Assembly (NCBI GenBank): GCA_937915075.1
Contig: CALDMA010000085.1
Location: 1 to 49,034 of the forward strand
DNA length: 49,034 nucleotides
Direction of reading: 5' to 3'
Origin: an uncultured Oscillospiraceae bacterium
GTDB taxonomy: Bacteria > Bacillota > Clostridia > Oscillospirales > Oscillospiraceae
In this document: in pieces, positions 28,646 to 40,700 of the stretch
Numbering within the stretch: position 1 is the first letter of the stretch
Layout: each line of letters opens with the position of its first letter
Position numbers and translations under genes: made by a program
Notes under the pieces: generated by a model
Told to the model about the DNA's origin: nothing
The model's database searches: none
The model's input: only the letters and a program-made list of their open reading frames with translations

Positions 28646-29863
28646 ATGGACTATTATCTTTTGACGGATATGACCGCGCAGATCGGCTACGAGCTGGCCG
28701 CCGCCGGAGCGGAGACCTTCCGCATCGAGGAGACGATGCGCCGCGTGCTCGCGGCCTACGGCATCGAGTGCGAGGCCTTTGCGATCCCCAACTGCGTCAT
28801 GGTCAGCCTTGAGGCGGACAACGGCAAGCCGCTGATGGTGATGAAGCGCGTCGGCTTCCACGGCAACGATCTTGACGCGGTCGAGCGGCTCAACGCGCTC
28901 TCGCGCCGTATCTGCGCCGAAACGCCTAACCCCGCCGTTGCCGCGCAATGGCTGGAGGAGACGAGCGCCGCCCGCCGCGCCTACCCCATCCCCGTCTACT
29001 ACCTCGGCAATTTTCTCGCTGCGGCGGGCTTCTGCCCCGTGTTCGGCGGCACGCTGCGCGACAGTCTGTGGGCAGGTCTGCTGGGGCTTATCATCGGCTT
29101 CGTCACCCGCCGGATGGACAGGCTCGAGGCCAACCCCTTTTTCAGCACCATTGCCGCCGCCTTTGCCATGGCCGTACCGGCCTACCTCGCCGCTGCCTTC
29201 GGGCTGGTCGACTATGCGGACGCGGTCATCATCGGCTCACTGATGATCCTGGTTCCCGGTCTGCTCATCACCAACTCCATGCGCGACATCATCTACGGCG
29301 ACACGAACTCCGGCGTCAACCGCATCGTGCAGGTGCTCCTCTCGGCGCTTGCCATCGCCATGGGCACCGCGGCCGCGTGGCACATCACCTCCTCCCTCTA
29401 CGGCCGGACCGCCGCCAGCACGCTTTCCTATCCCTTCTGGCTTCAGGCCATCGCCATCGCGGTCGCCTGCACCGGCTTTGTTATCCTCTTCAATGTCCAC
29501 GGCTGGGGGCGCTGCCTGTGCGCGCTCGGCGGCGTTGTGACGTGGATGGCGTATCTGCTGTGCGGCAAGCTCGGTCTCGGTCCCTACGGCGCAAACTTCA
29601 TCGCCGCCGCGGTCGCCGCCGTCTATGCCGAGGGTATGGCCCGCGCCCGCAAGTATCCGGTCACCTCGTATCAGGTCATCTCCGCCGTACCGCTGCTGCC
29701 CGGCGCCGGTATTTACTACACCATGTCCCTCGGGCTGAACGGCAGCACCCAGCTCGCCCTCCAGCGGGGCTTCGCCACCGCGGGCATCGCCGGCAGCATT
29801 GCCGCCGCGATCCTGCTCGTCTCATCCGTCGTCCGCCTGTTCACCGCGCAGCGGAAAAAATAA
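28646..29863 (+). CDS. Threonine/serine exporter family protein (ThrE + ThrE_2 domains)
   Basis: GAETFRIEETM, LVPG...MRD, PLLPGAGIY; multiple TM segments. Confidence 0.88.
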   Translation: MDYYLLTDMTAQIGYELAAAGAETFRIEETMRRVLAAYGIECEAFAIPNCVMVSLEADNGKPLMVMKRVGFHGNDLDAVERLNALSRRICAETPNPAVAAQWLEETSAARRAYPIPVYYLGNFLAAAGFCPVFGGTLRDSLWAGLLGLIIGFVTRRMDRLEANPFFSTIAAAFAMAVPAYLAAAFGLVDYADAVIIGSLMILVPGLLITNSMRDIIYGDTNSGVNRIVQVLLSALAIAMGTAAAWHITSSLYGRTAASTLSYPFWLQAIAIAVACTGFVILFNVHGWGRCLCALGGVVTWMAYLLCGKLGLGPYGANFIAAAVAAVYAEGMARARKYPVTSYQVISAVPLLPGAGIYYTMSLGLNGSTQLALQRGFATAGIAGSIAAAILLVSSVVRLFTAQRKK

Positions 29864-29867
29864 GGCA

Positions 29868-29953
29868 AAGGGAAGACACGCGCCGCGTGCCTTCCCTTAT
29901 CCTTTCTCCGTCCGACGGAATGAAGAAAAGGGCCGGGCGTTGCGCCCGACCCT
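29868..29953. terminator. Two hairpins between the convergent ThrE and PaaI genes
   Basis: aagggaagacacgc...gcgtgccttccctt and agggccgggcg-ttg-cgcccgaccct. Confidence 0.6.
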
Positions 29954-29989
29954 GCCGGTACGACGGAGCGTAAGGCGAAAGCGTGCCGC

Positions 29990-30388
29990 TCAATCCAGAA
30001 AATACATATTTATCTGCGCGCAGGCGACGAGCGCGCCGGTATCGTCCGTGATACCGACCTCAAAAAAACCAACGTGCCCGCCGACCTTGATCTCGCGCCC
30101 GACCGCCGTCAGCGTCCTGCTGTGCGTAGTGGGCCGCAGGTAATTCATCGAGCCGTTGAGCGTGACGTTGCGCCGCCCGTACTTGATGCGCGCAAAGGCT
30201 CCGGCGGCGGTGTCCGCCATCGTGTAGAGAAAGCCTCCGTGGACGCTGCCCCAAACGTTGCGGCTGTTGTCGGTGATCTCGGCCTCCAGCACACTCCTTT
30301 CCTCATCAACGGAAACGATGCGGATTCCGTTGTGCCGGATAAATCCATTGGATTCGTGCTTGATTTTTTCTGCATAATTCTCTATCAT
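29990..30388 (-). CDS. PaaI-family thioesterase (hotdog fold)
   Basis: NVWGSVHGGFLYTMADTAAG, VT...MNYLRP; GGAG RBS; TTGCAG-17 bp-TATGAT promoter at 30460-30432. Confidence 0.88.
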   Translation of the reverse strand: MIENYAEKIKHESNGFIRHNGIRIVSVDEERSVLEAEITDNSRNVWGSVHGGFLYTMADTAAGAFARIKYGRRNVTLNGSMNYLRPTTHSRTLTAVGREIKVGGHVGFFEVGITDDTGALVACAQINMYFLD

Positions 30389-30507
30389 AGCTATTGTGCT
30401 CCTTTGCTCTTCGGACATACTTCTGCCGAAGATCATAGCAGAAGTGCGCGCGGCCTGCAAGGCAAATTCAAAAGAAATCACTACCGGCAAAGAAAGGTCA
30501 GATCACC

Positions 30508-31542
30508 ATGCGCTCCATTCCCGCTCGAATCAAAAGCTACGCGCCGGGCTTCGCGCTCGCGCTCATCATCGCGCTGCTCGCCAAGGGCATCGAGGCCCTG
30601 CTGCCGTTCGACGTCATCGGCGCGTCCGTCATCGCCATGTTCATCGGTATGCTCATCAACGGTTATCGTAAGCCAGGCAAGACCACCGCGCCCGGCGTGA
30701 AGTTCACGGCGAAGAAGATCCTGAAATTCGCCATCATCCTTCTCGGAGCGAGCCTGAACGTCACGACCATCCTGAACGTCGGCAGAATGTCGCTCACTGT
30801 CATGCTCTTTACGCTCCTTACCTGCTTCGGCGGCGGCTATTTCATCGGCCGCGCGCTGGGGCTGGACTGGAAGCTCTCGAACCTCATCTCCGCGGGCACC
30901 GGCATCTGCGGCGGCAGCGCCATCGCGGCGGTCGCGCCCGTCATCGACGCCAAGGACAGCGACATCGCCTACGCCCTCTCCGCGACCTTCCTCTTTGATA
31001 TGGCGATGATCGTGCTCTTCCCCATCATGGGCCGCGCGATGGGCCTTTCCGACATGGCCTACGGCCTGTGGGCAGGCACGGCGGTCAACGACACCTCCAG
31101 CGTCGTCGCCGCGGGCTATGCCTTCAGCGAGGGCGCAGGCGACTTCGCCACCATGGTCAAGCTCACGCGCACGCTCGCCATCATCCCGACGGTGGTGGTG
31201 TTCTCGTTTGTGAGTATGCACCTGAAGAAAAAGGAAGCCGTCGCATCCGGCAGCGCGGTGCAGATCAGGTGGAAGAGCGTCTTCCCGTGGTTCATCCTCG
31301 GCTTTCTCGCCATGGCGGTGCTCAGCAGCGCGGGCGTGATCCCCGCGGCAGCCGCGGCGGCGCTCAAGAAGGTCAGCAAGTTCCTCATGGTCACGGCGCT
31401 CGCCGCCGTGGGATTGAACACGAGCTTCGCCGAAATGAAAAAGTCCGGCGCGGCCCCGATGGTGCACGGCTTCCTGATCTCCGCGCTCGTCGTCATCGTG
31501 GCGCTGGCCGTGGAGTATTTCATGGGCATCCTGCCGTTCTGA
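30508..31542 (+). CDS. YeiH-family putative sulfate exporter membrane protein
   Basis: GTGICGGSAIAA, GLWAGTAVNDTSSV, VKLTR, FPWFILGF. Confidence 0.9.
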   Translation: MRSIPARIKSYAPGFALALIIALLAKGIEALLPFDVIGASVIAMFIGMLINGYRKPGKTTAPGVKFTAKKILKFAIILLGASLNVTTILNVGRMSLTVMLFTLLTCFGGGYFIGRALGLDWKLSNLISAGTGICGGSAIAAVAPVIDAKDSDIAYALSATFLFDMAMIVLFPIMGRAMGLSDMAYGLWAGTAVNDTSSVVAAGYAFSEGAGDFATMVKLTRTLAIIPTVVVFSFVSMHLKKKEAVASGSAVQIRWKSVFPWFILGFLAMAVLSSAGVIPAAAAAALKKVSKFLMVTALAAVGLNTSFAEMKKSGAAPMVHGFLISALVVIVALAVEYFMGILPF

Positions 31543-31545
31543 AAA

Positions 31546-31554
31546 TGTTATGAT
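31546..31554 (+). promoter_or_regulatory. Extended -10 promoter for the riboswitch leader
   Basis: TGt-TATGAT, placing the transcription start near 31561, at the start of the aptamer. Confidence 0.55.
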
Positions 31555-31560
31555 TGTATC

Positions 31561-31668
31561 AAAGCAGCACCGGGAAACCGGAACTGGGGAAATGTGGGTG
31601 AAAAGCCCCGCGAGCGGGTCACTGTGAAGCTTCCTTGAGGAGATAAGTCAGAATGCCCAAGCTGCTTG
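31561..31668 (+). ncRNA. Cobalamin (B12) riboswitch aptamer, compact type
   Basis: Closing stem aagcagc/gctgctt; GGGAA core; gggTGAAAAgccc T-loop stem; cACTGTga; B12-box-like AAGTCAGAATGCCC; lies upstream of DUF4430/ECF genes. Confidence 0.85.
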
Positions 31669-31726
31669 AGATAGCTCCTGCCCGAACCGGGGGCCGTCAG
31701 ACCGGGGGATCATTGCGCCCTTTTTT

Positions 31727-31771
31727 GCGTCTGCACGGCCCGTGTGAGCGGGCAGGTGCAGACGCTTTTTT
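31727..31771 (+). terminator. Riboswitch expression-platform terminator
   Basis: gcgtctgcac-g-gcccg/cgggc-ag-gtgcagacgc plus T6, upstream of the start codon; cctgcccg (31677-31684) can pair with cgggcagg (31749-31756) as an antiterminator. Confidence 0.85.
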
Positions 31772-31794
31772 CAGCGAAGGAAAGGAGAAAACAG

Positions 31795-34700
31795 ATGAAA
31801 AAGCGCATATTGTCCCTGCTGATGAGCTTTGTAATGCTCGTCAGCCTGCTGCCTGCCTCGGTCCGGGCGGCGGAAACTGTGACAGAGATCAGCTCTGCCG
31901 AAGCGTTTGCCCAAATGGATACGTCCGGCAGCTATAAGCTGACACAGGACATCACCATCACAAAGCCATACACCGGCAAATTCGGCGGCACCTTTGACGG
32001 CGACGGCCATACCGTCACCCTCAAGCTGAACGTCAGCAGCGGCAACGCCGGACTTTTTGCCACTACCGGTCAAGGTGCCGTGATCAAAAACGTTGAAGTT
32101 GCCGCCGATGTGACATCCAGCGTTGCCTCTACCAGTTACGGCACTGCCGGGCTGGTGGGCGTTGCCAGTTATCCGCTGACAATAGAAAACTGCGGTGTGA
32201 CCGGCACTGTAGCCAACACCGCTACATCTACTTCTTCCGCCGTCTATATCGGCGGTCTGGTAGGTTATCTGCAGGACAGTCTCACTCTGAAAAACTGTTA
32301 CAGCAGCGCCAACATCACCAGCAGCAGTACGCAGTATAACTCTGTTGCGGGCGGCCTGATCGGTAAAATGAGCTCCGCCTATTCCGTCACCGCCGAAAAC
32401 TGCTACTTCTCCGGCAATGTAACTGCCAAAAATTATGCCGGTGGTTTCATCGGCTACTTGAACAGCAGCGCCAGCAAATCCCACGCCTACACCAACTGCT
32501 ACACTTCCGGCACGGTAACCGGTTCTTCCGGTAAAGCATACTCCTTTGCTTATATTTACAAGCCTTCTTATGGCAGTGCACCCCAATACACCTTTGATAA
32601 CTGCTATTTCAATAACGTAAATACGGTCGGTGGCTGCAATCTGGATTCTACCGGCCTCACCGCCAAAACCTCCGACGATCTGAAAGCCCTTGCCGACACC
32701 CTCGGCAACGGCTTCCGGGCCGACCTCGCCGAGTCCATCAACGGCGGCTACCCCATCCTCTCCTGGCAGTATATTGACCCCAACGCCGCCTACACCATCT
32801 CCTTCACCGTGGAGCCGAAGGGCTCCGTCCTCACCTGGAACGGCACGGAGCAGGCCGTTTCCGAGAGCGGCAGTTACACCTTTAAAAATGTGGCCGTTGG
32901 CTCGTATTCCTATTCTGTTTCCAACGAAGCGGGCGACTACGCCGCCAAGTCCGGCGCCGTCGCGGTCAAAAACAAAAACGTGACTGTCCCTGTCACGCTC
33001 TCCCTGAATCCGCACAAGCTCACCTTTACCCTCACCCCCGCCAACGCGGAGCTGACCGTCAAAAAGGGCGGTGAAGAGCTGCGCTCCAACTCGGACGGCA
33101 GCTACACCGTCACCAAGGGCGAGTATACCTACTCAGCCTCCGCCTTCGGCTATGAGACAAAGTCCGGCAAAGTCACCGTCCCCGCCGAAGATCATACGGA
33201 GAAGGTGGAGCTGACCGCCCAGCCCACGAACACCGTCAACTTCACCGGCATTGCCGATGATGCAAAGGGCGTTTCCCTCACCGTCACCACCGGCAGCCGC
33301 ACCATGACCCACGAGGAGGATAATCACTACACTTACAAGCTCCCCGCCGGTTATACCTACGATTGGACGTTCAAGTGCGCCAACTATGCAAAGCAAACCG
33401 GCAGTCTCAACCTTACCGACCTGACGGAGAATAAAACGGAATCCGTTGCCATTTCCATGGCCGAAAAGACCGCATGGGAAGGCGCGGACGACATCACGGA
33501 GCCTTCGCAGGTGGACGGCGTTTACCAGATCACCTCCGGCAGCGAGCTGGCCTGGCTGGCAAAGGAAGTCAATGCGGGCCGCGGCGCGTCCTACAACGCA
33601 GTCCTCTGCAATGACATCGACCTGGGCAGCGAAAATTGGACGCCGATCGGAAAAACTTCCAGTACTGCTTATAAGGGCACCTTCGACGGGCAGTATCACG
33701 AGATCAAGAACCTGAAGATCACCGGTTCCAACAGCAACCACTATGGTCTTTTCGGCGTAGTGGGCACCGGCACCGTGAAAAATCTCACCGTTTCCGGTGA
33801 AATCACGATTTCCGGCAGCGGTTCTTCCACCTATGGCATCGCCTCCATTGCCGGTTCTCTCAACAATACCGGTACCATTGAAAATTGCATCAACAAAGCC
33901 ACCGTCTCCGGCAACTACAACACCGCGGGCATTGTTGGCTACATGAGCAGCAGCAATGGCACTGTCACTTCCTGCGCCAATACCGGCAACATCTCCGGCA
34001 ATAACAGTGCCGGCGGTATCGTCGGCCAGCTGAACGGCAAGGGCACCGTTGACCACTGCTATAACACCGGCGACATTACCGCCGCTGTCAGCAAGGCGGG
34101 CGGCGGCGTCGGCTATCTGTACGCATCCTCCTCTTATTATAAGAATACGGTATCCGCCTGCTATTCCACCGGCAAAGTCACCGGCACCAACAGCGCCGCT
34201 GTGGTCGGCAGCGTTTACAGCGCAAGCTATTCCACGCTGGATAAGCTCTTCTTCCTGGAAGGTGCCGCCACCGACTCCAACGCCACGGCCAAAACCTCCG
34301 GCGAGCTGAAGAATCTGGCCCCCACGCTGGGCGCACCGTTCATCGCCACCCCGGCGGGCATCAATGACGGCTACCCCATCTTCGAGTGGCAGATCCCCAC
34401 CTACGCCGTCACCTTCACCGTTGACCCGGTGGAGGCTGAAGTCGCCATTGCGGGCCGTACCGGCACACACAACGGAAATACCTGGACCTTCACCCTCCCC
34501 GACGGCTCCTATAACTACACCGTCACCGCTTTCGGCTATGGGGCAACATCCGGCAAGGTCACCGTCAACGGCGGCGAGGTCAGCAAAACCGTCAACCTGA
34601 CCGCAGTGGAAAAGCGCACGGTCACCTTTAACATTTCCCCAGCGGACGCCGCCGTCACCGTCCTCTGGAAGGGGCAGACCATCAGCCCGGAAGCCGACGG

Positions 34701-37700
34701 CAGCTATCTGCTCCCGGACGGTGAATACACCTACACGGTCAAGGCCAGGGGCTACGCCAAGGTAAACGGCAACCTCAATGTCACCAAGGACGAAACCGTT
34801 TCCGTCACCCTGACCCCCTCCGCCGCGTGGGACGGCACGGCCAAGACCCAGCCCTCCGGTGACGGCACACAGGCTTCCCCCTATGAGATCGCGGACGGCG
34901 AGCAGCTGGCATGGCTGGCCGACAAGGTCAACAACGCATCCACCGTTTCCGCCATCTATGCCGTCCTCACCGACGACATCGATCTGGGCAACTATGCCTT
35001 TACCCCCATCGGCAAGGACTTCCACGAATTCACCGGCAGCTTCGACGGAAAGGGCCATACCGTTTCCGGGCTGAAGGTCTCCGACGTTGAGGACGCCGGC
35101 CTCTTCGGCGTGGCAAAAGCCGCCACGATCAAAAACGTCATCGTTCAGGGCACCGTCAGCGGCACAAGCAACGCCGCCGGTATTTTGGCTAAAGCTAAAA
35201 CTACAGCCTGCACCATTGTAAATTGCGGTAATGAGGCTGTGGTGAATGTACCCAAGAGCGGCGGTGGATACGCAGGCGGCATTCTGGGATATGCTATTAC
35301 CAGTACAACAGTCACAAACTGCTATAACAGTGGCGCTGTGACTTCTAAGGGCAACACTTCTTACAGCCGCGCAAGTGGTATCGTGGGATATTCGAGTGGC
35401 AACGGATCTGCAAAGATCACTACTTGCTATAACACAGGAAAAGTAACCTCGGACGGCTATGCAGCAGGTGTGTTCGCAGGGACAACAGCCACTATTTCCG
35501 AGTGCTACACCACCGGTACCATTGCGGGCGAAAGCAGCGCAAAAACCGGCGCATTTACGACCAGCAGCAGTGACAGCCGTACCGACTGCTACTATCTGAC
35601 CGGAAGCATCACGGGAGGCGGAAAAACCAACGGCGCCGAAGCCCTCACCCTCGCCGCCATGCAGTCCGGTCTGCTGGACAAGCTGGGCGAAGCAAGCTGG
35701 AAGAGCGTCCGCGGCGTGAACCGCAACCTGCCTGTTCTCCAGTGGCAGGATACCACCGCCTCCATTCAGGATGTGACTCTCGTCCCCGCCGCTTTCTCCC
35801 GCATTCCCTTTACCACGGAGGACGGCGAGCTGTCCTCTCTCCCCACCGGCCTTCTCAAGTGGACCGCGCAGGACGGCGCGCAGAGCTACACCGTCTCCCT
35901 GTGGGAAGCGGTGAAGACCTGGGTGCTCCTCTCCGACGAGGAAAAGGCAGAATATAAAGCCGCCCAGACCGCGGAGGAAAAGCTGTGGATGATCGACGAC
36001 GCCAAGATCGTGGAGCATCTGACTTCCGAGCAGCTCACCCGCCTTACTCAGCTGAACGCCGCCATTTCGGAAGCGCATGATGCTCTGGACAACGCCGGAG
36101 CTACTGACGCGGCCACGGAAGCCCAGCTCCGCAAGGCCCTCAGTGATGCCTATGAGGCCCGCGCCGTCTTCCTCATCGACCTTGCCACGGACGATGATCT
36201 GGGCTATTACGATCTGGTCCTGAAGTGGCGCCGCGATATTCCCGGCATTACAGCCACAGAATATGACTTTGCTTCCGACTTTGCCGCCCTGCCCGAAGGC
36301 ATTTACTACGCCTCCGTGGCCGTGGAGGAAAACGGTGAGCTGACCTGTGCCCCCCTCCGGCAGGTAGCGGAAGAGGTCACCACCGTTCAGAACCCCTATA
36401 ACCGCATGAAGGCGGTCACGAACGTCCGCTGGGACGGCTCCGCCGCCAAGTGGGACGGCCGTGAAAACTTCACCGGCACCTATCAGATCGACCTCTACAC
36501 GGTGGAGGGCAGCGACTACACGCTCTTCAAGACCTTCCAGATCAGCGGGCAGTACACCTCTGCCAACTTCGCGAACGTCTTCGCCGCGGAGAAAAAGTAC
36601 GCCTTCACCGTCACCGCCCTTGCGGACACCGCCATCGATCAGGAGCTGGGGCTGACCGACAGTATCCCCTCCGCCTACAGCGATGTGTATGACCCCTCCA
36701 CCGGAACCGGCGAAACCAAGGAATGGGTGGATATCACCTCTGCCGAAGACTGGATCGTGCTTGCCAATGTGAAGGACGAGCCTTCCGACGGCACCGGTTC
36801 CCCCAGCAAGCAGGCGGTGGAATGGAGCAAAAACTACCGTCTTGCCAACGATATTGACTTCTCCACGCTCTCCGCCGCCGACCAGACAAAGACCAAGTCC
36901 ATCGGCACCGTCACCTATCCCTTCATGGGCGAATTTGACGGACAGGGGCACAAGATCACCGGCCTCACCCTCAGCAACAGCGACTCCGGTCTCTTCTGGT
37001 ACACCGGCGCCACCGCGTATGTCCATGATCTGACCATCGACAGCGCTAACGTCCTCTTCTCCGACAATGCCGCCGTTCTGGTCCACAACAACTACGGCCG
37101 CCTTGAAAAGTGCGCCGTGGTGAACACCAACATCACCGCCGATACCGGCGCGGTGCTGGGCGGCATGGTCAGCCGGAACTACGGCGTTATCCGCGACAGC
37201 TTCGTGCAGGGCGGCACCCTCACCTCCAACACCACCACCTCCGTGGGCCACGCGGGCTTCGTGGGTTCCAATGAGGAAGGCGGCCTCATCGAGCGCTGCT
37301 GGACCAGCATGAACGTCTCCACCCAGAGCGCCCATGCCGGCGGCTTTGTTGGCCTTGGCTACGGCGGCACCATCCGCAACTGCTTTGCCCTGGGCAATGT
37401 TTCCGCCCGCACGCATTCCGGCGGTTTCGTAGGGCGCTCCGTCTATCTGGGCAACGTCTATGAAAACTGCTACGCGGTCGGCGTTGTCACCGTCACCGAG
37501 AAAGAGGGCAACGGCTTCATCGGCGGCAACCAGGACTGGTCTTCCTTCCAGTATGACCAGTCCGACGGCATCACGAACTGCTACTACAACAGCGCCACCG
37601 CCTCCAGCCACGACTATAACGCCATCCGCAAGGCGCTGGACGAAATGAAGGCGGCCGACTTCCTCACCGCCCTCTCCGGCAGTGAGTCCGGCGTCTGGAC

Positions 37701-40700
37701 GCAGGACCGTGAGCACAACAACGGCCTTCCCTATCTGGACGGCGTTCAGGCCCCCGAAACGGCCCAGACCACGAAGATCACCGTTCAGATCGCCATTGCC
37801 ACTTATAATAAGGGCACTTATTCCTTCGAGAAGTCCGGTGACATCATCTCCGTCACCATGGATTCCAACGGCAACACCCGTCTGGTGGACCTGATGGACG
37901 CGGCGCAGGAGCAGAAACTGCTGACCTATTCCTACTCCACCACCTCCACCTTCGGCCGCTTCATCCACACCATCAACGGCAGGGAAGTGAACGAGCCGGA
38001 CGGCTGGATGTTCACCGTCAACGACAAGCTCTCCAACGTCAGCGCCTCGCTGGCCACGGTGAAGGACGGCGACAAGGTCCTCTGGTTCGAAGGCACCACC
38101 GAGAACCACTTCCAGGGTCCCAGCTGGGATTCCCTCTCCGGCGAGAGCATCCAGTGGGAGACCATTTCCACCGTGGACGACCTCCTCGCTCTGGCCCGCG
38201 CCGCGGACGCGGCGACGCTGGGCAAAAACTACAAGCTGGCAAATGCTCTGGACCTCGCCGGCGTCAACTTCCCCGGCATCGGCACAACGGACCATCCCTT
38301 CACCGGCCGCTTTGACGGGCAGAACAAAACTATTTCCAACGTCACCGTCACCGGAGAAAATAACGTCGGCTTCTTCGGCGTCATCAAGGGCGTCACGATC
38401 CAGAACCTGAACCTTGTAAATGTGAAAATCTCCGGCAAGGAAAAGGTCGGCGGTCTGGTGGGCTATTCGCAGGTAACGCTGGACCCGAGCGACCTTTCCA
38501 AGAACACGGCAAACCTCATCGGCGGCTGCGCCGTTTCCGGTACGGTCAGCGGCGAAACGCGGACCGGCGGTCTCGTGGGTCTCAATGAGGGCAAGGCCGA
38601 TGCCGACACCCTCTTCTCCATCGCCAGTTCCATCGACAAGTGCTCCTCCTCCGCTGCTGTCACCGGCAAAGAAAGCACCGGCGGCCTGATAGGCGAAAAC
38701 GGCGGCGCCGTCACCAAGAGCACGGCCATCGGCTCCGTTACCGGCACCAACTCCACCGGCGGCTTCGCAGGCAGCAGCAGCGGCGACATTTACGATAGCC
38801 ACGCGGAAGGCGCCGTCACCGGCAGCAGCCACACCGGCGGCTTTGCGGGCAGCAGCACCGGTACGGTGAAGAACTGCTATAGCCTCGGCGCGGTCACCGG
38901 CACCGACTACACCGGCTCCTTCGCCGGTTCCCTCGCCGCGGCGGACACCGTCATCGGTGCGGGACAGGTCACCATCACCGGCATCCCCACGCAGGGCTAT
39001 AACGGCGGTCTTGCCGGTACCCTCAGCGGCACGGTTTCCGGCCTTGTCAACCGCATCACCGTGAAAAACGCCTTCGGCAACTGCACCCAGCCGGAGGGCG
39101 AAAACCTCTCCGTCGTCGGCAATACCAACGATTACCAGACGGACAGCCAGAAGGCCGCGCTGGAGGGCATGACTCTCTCCACCCGTCAGAAAGTGGGCGA
39201 TACGCTCTACGCGCTGTTCGGCATCAACCTCCCCGCTCTGGAAAACGAGGCCGCCAAGTATGTGGATTCCCTCACCGTCCCCGCCTCCACGGCAGCCGGT
39301 TCCGCCCTCAGCCTTCTGAAACCGGGCGAAACCGCTGCGCCGGGCATCACCGTCACCTATGCGGTCACCGACGCGCACCTCACCGGCGGCAGCACCTTGA
39401 CACTGGTAAAGCCCAATGACACCTGCGCCACGGTATCCATCCAAGTGGATCTTCTTCTGACGGATGGCGAGGGAAATACATACCGCAAGAGCGTACAGGT
39501 TCTTCTTCCGGTGGCGCCCGAAAAGCGTACCGAACTCATGGACGCCATTGCATCCGGCTATACGGATACCAAGGATGCGTGGACGGCCATGGATATGGCG
39601 GTTTACTCCGCGCTGCCCGGCAAGACCGCAAAGCTTACCGATGCGGCAAAGCAGAATATTTTGAATCTGCTCATCAAAGAGGCAAACAGCAGCGAGGTTA
39701 CACTCTCCGCTCATTCCCGCATTGAGATCGTCCTGCGCTCCCTGGGCATCGACAGCAGAAAGCTCTATCCGGTCAACAGCAATGCTGCTGTGGATAACGC
39801 TGCGAAGCTGACCCAAATGGCAGCGCAGGCCGACCAGTACGCTGCACCCTATGTCCTTCTGGCGGATCTTCAAGGCAATGTTGGTCTGACATCTGAGCAG
39901 GTCAATGCCCTGATCGGCGTTCTGAAGGCCAACATGGGCACAGGGCTTTTCAGCTACGAATGGAATGGCGTCACCTACGCCAGTCCGGACACCGCTGGTG
40001 CTGCCTTGGCCGCTCTTGCAAAGTATTACGGCGCCAACGCGGATGCGAAAGAAGTGGTGGATACCATTCTCGCCGCGCTTCCCTCCGCCATGGATGCAAA
40101 CGGCTCCTTCAGCAGCGCAAACTCCGACGCCATGGTCATGATCGGCCTACTGGCTCTGGGCAAAGATCCCGCGTCCCTGACCTCCGTCTCCGGCGCCAGT
40201 GTAGTGGACGGAATGCTGTCCTACGTCAATACCGGGACAAATCAGTTCCGCTACTCCGGCGAGGATAACGCGCTGGCCACCGAACAGGCGTTCCGCGCAT
40301 TGGCGGCATTGGCGCATTTTGAAGAGGGCAAAGCGTTCAATGTATACGATTTCAGCGCCAATCCGGTCGAGCCGGGCCGTGCGACCGGCAGCGGCGAGGC
40401 TGAAACACCCAAGCCGCCGGCCGGCACGGAGATCACCGTCCGCATGACGATCAAGGCGGACAGCGGTTACTGGTTCAACGGCTCCGTCACCATTCCGGGC
40501 GAGGGTGCAACGGTCTATCACGCGCTTATTAAGGCGCTTGACGAGGCCGGTATGTCCCAGGTCGGCGCGGAAAGCGGTTACGTTCGCTCCATCAGCAAGG
40601 ACGGGAAAACGCTGAGTGAATTTGACAATGGCGAAAACTCCGGCTGGCTTTACAAGGTGAATGGCGATTTGCCGGATGTCGGCCTGACGAGTTATGCGAT

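Noticed and set aside
33133..39873. 2246-aa antisense ORF opposite the giant gene
   Set aside because: It is a shadow of biased codon usage on the sense strand, with no recognisable motifs. The same applies to the long antisense ORFs over hrcA/grpE, dnaK, mutL and the ECF genes.
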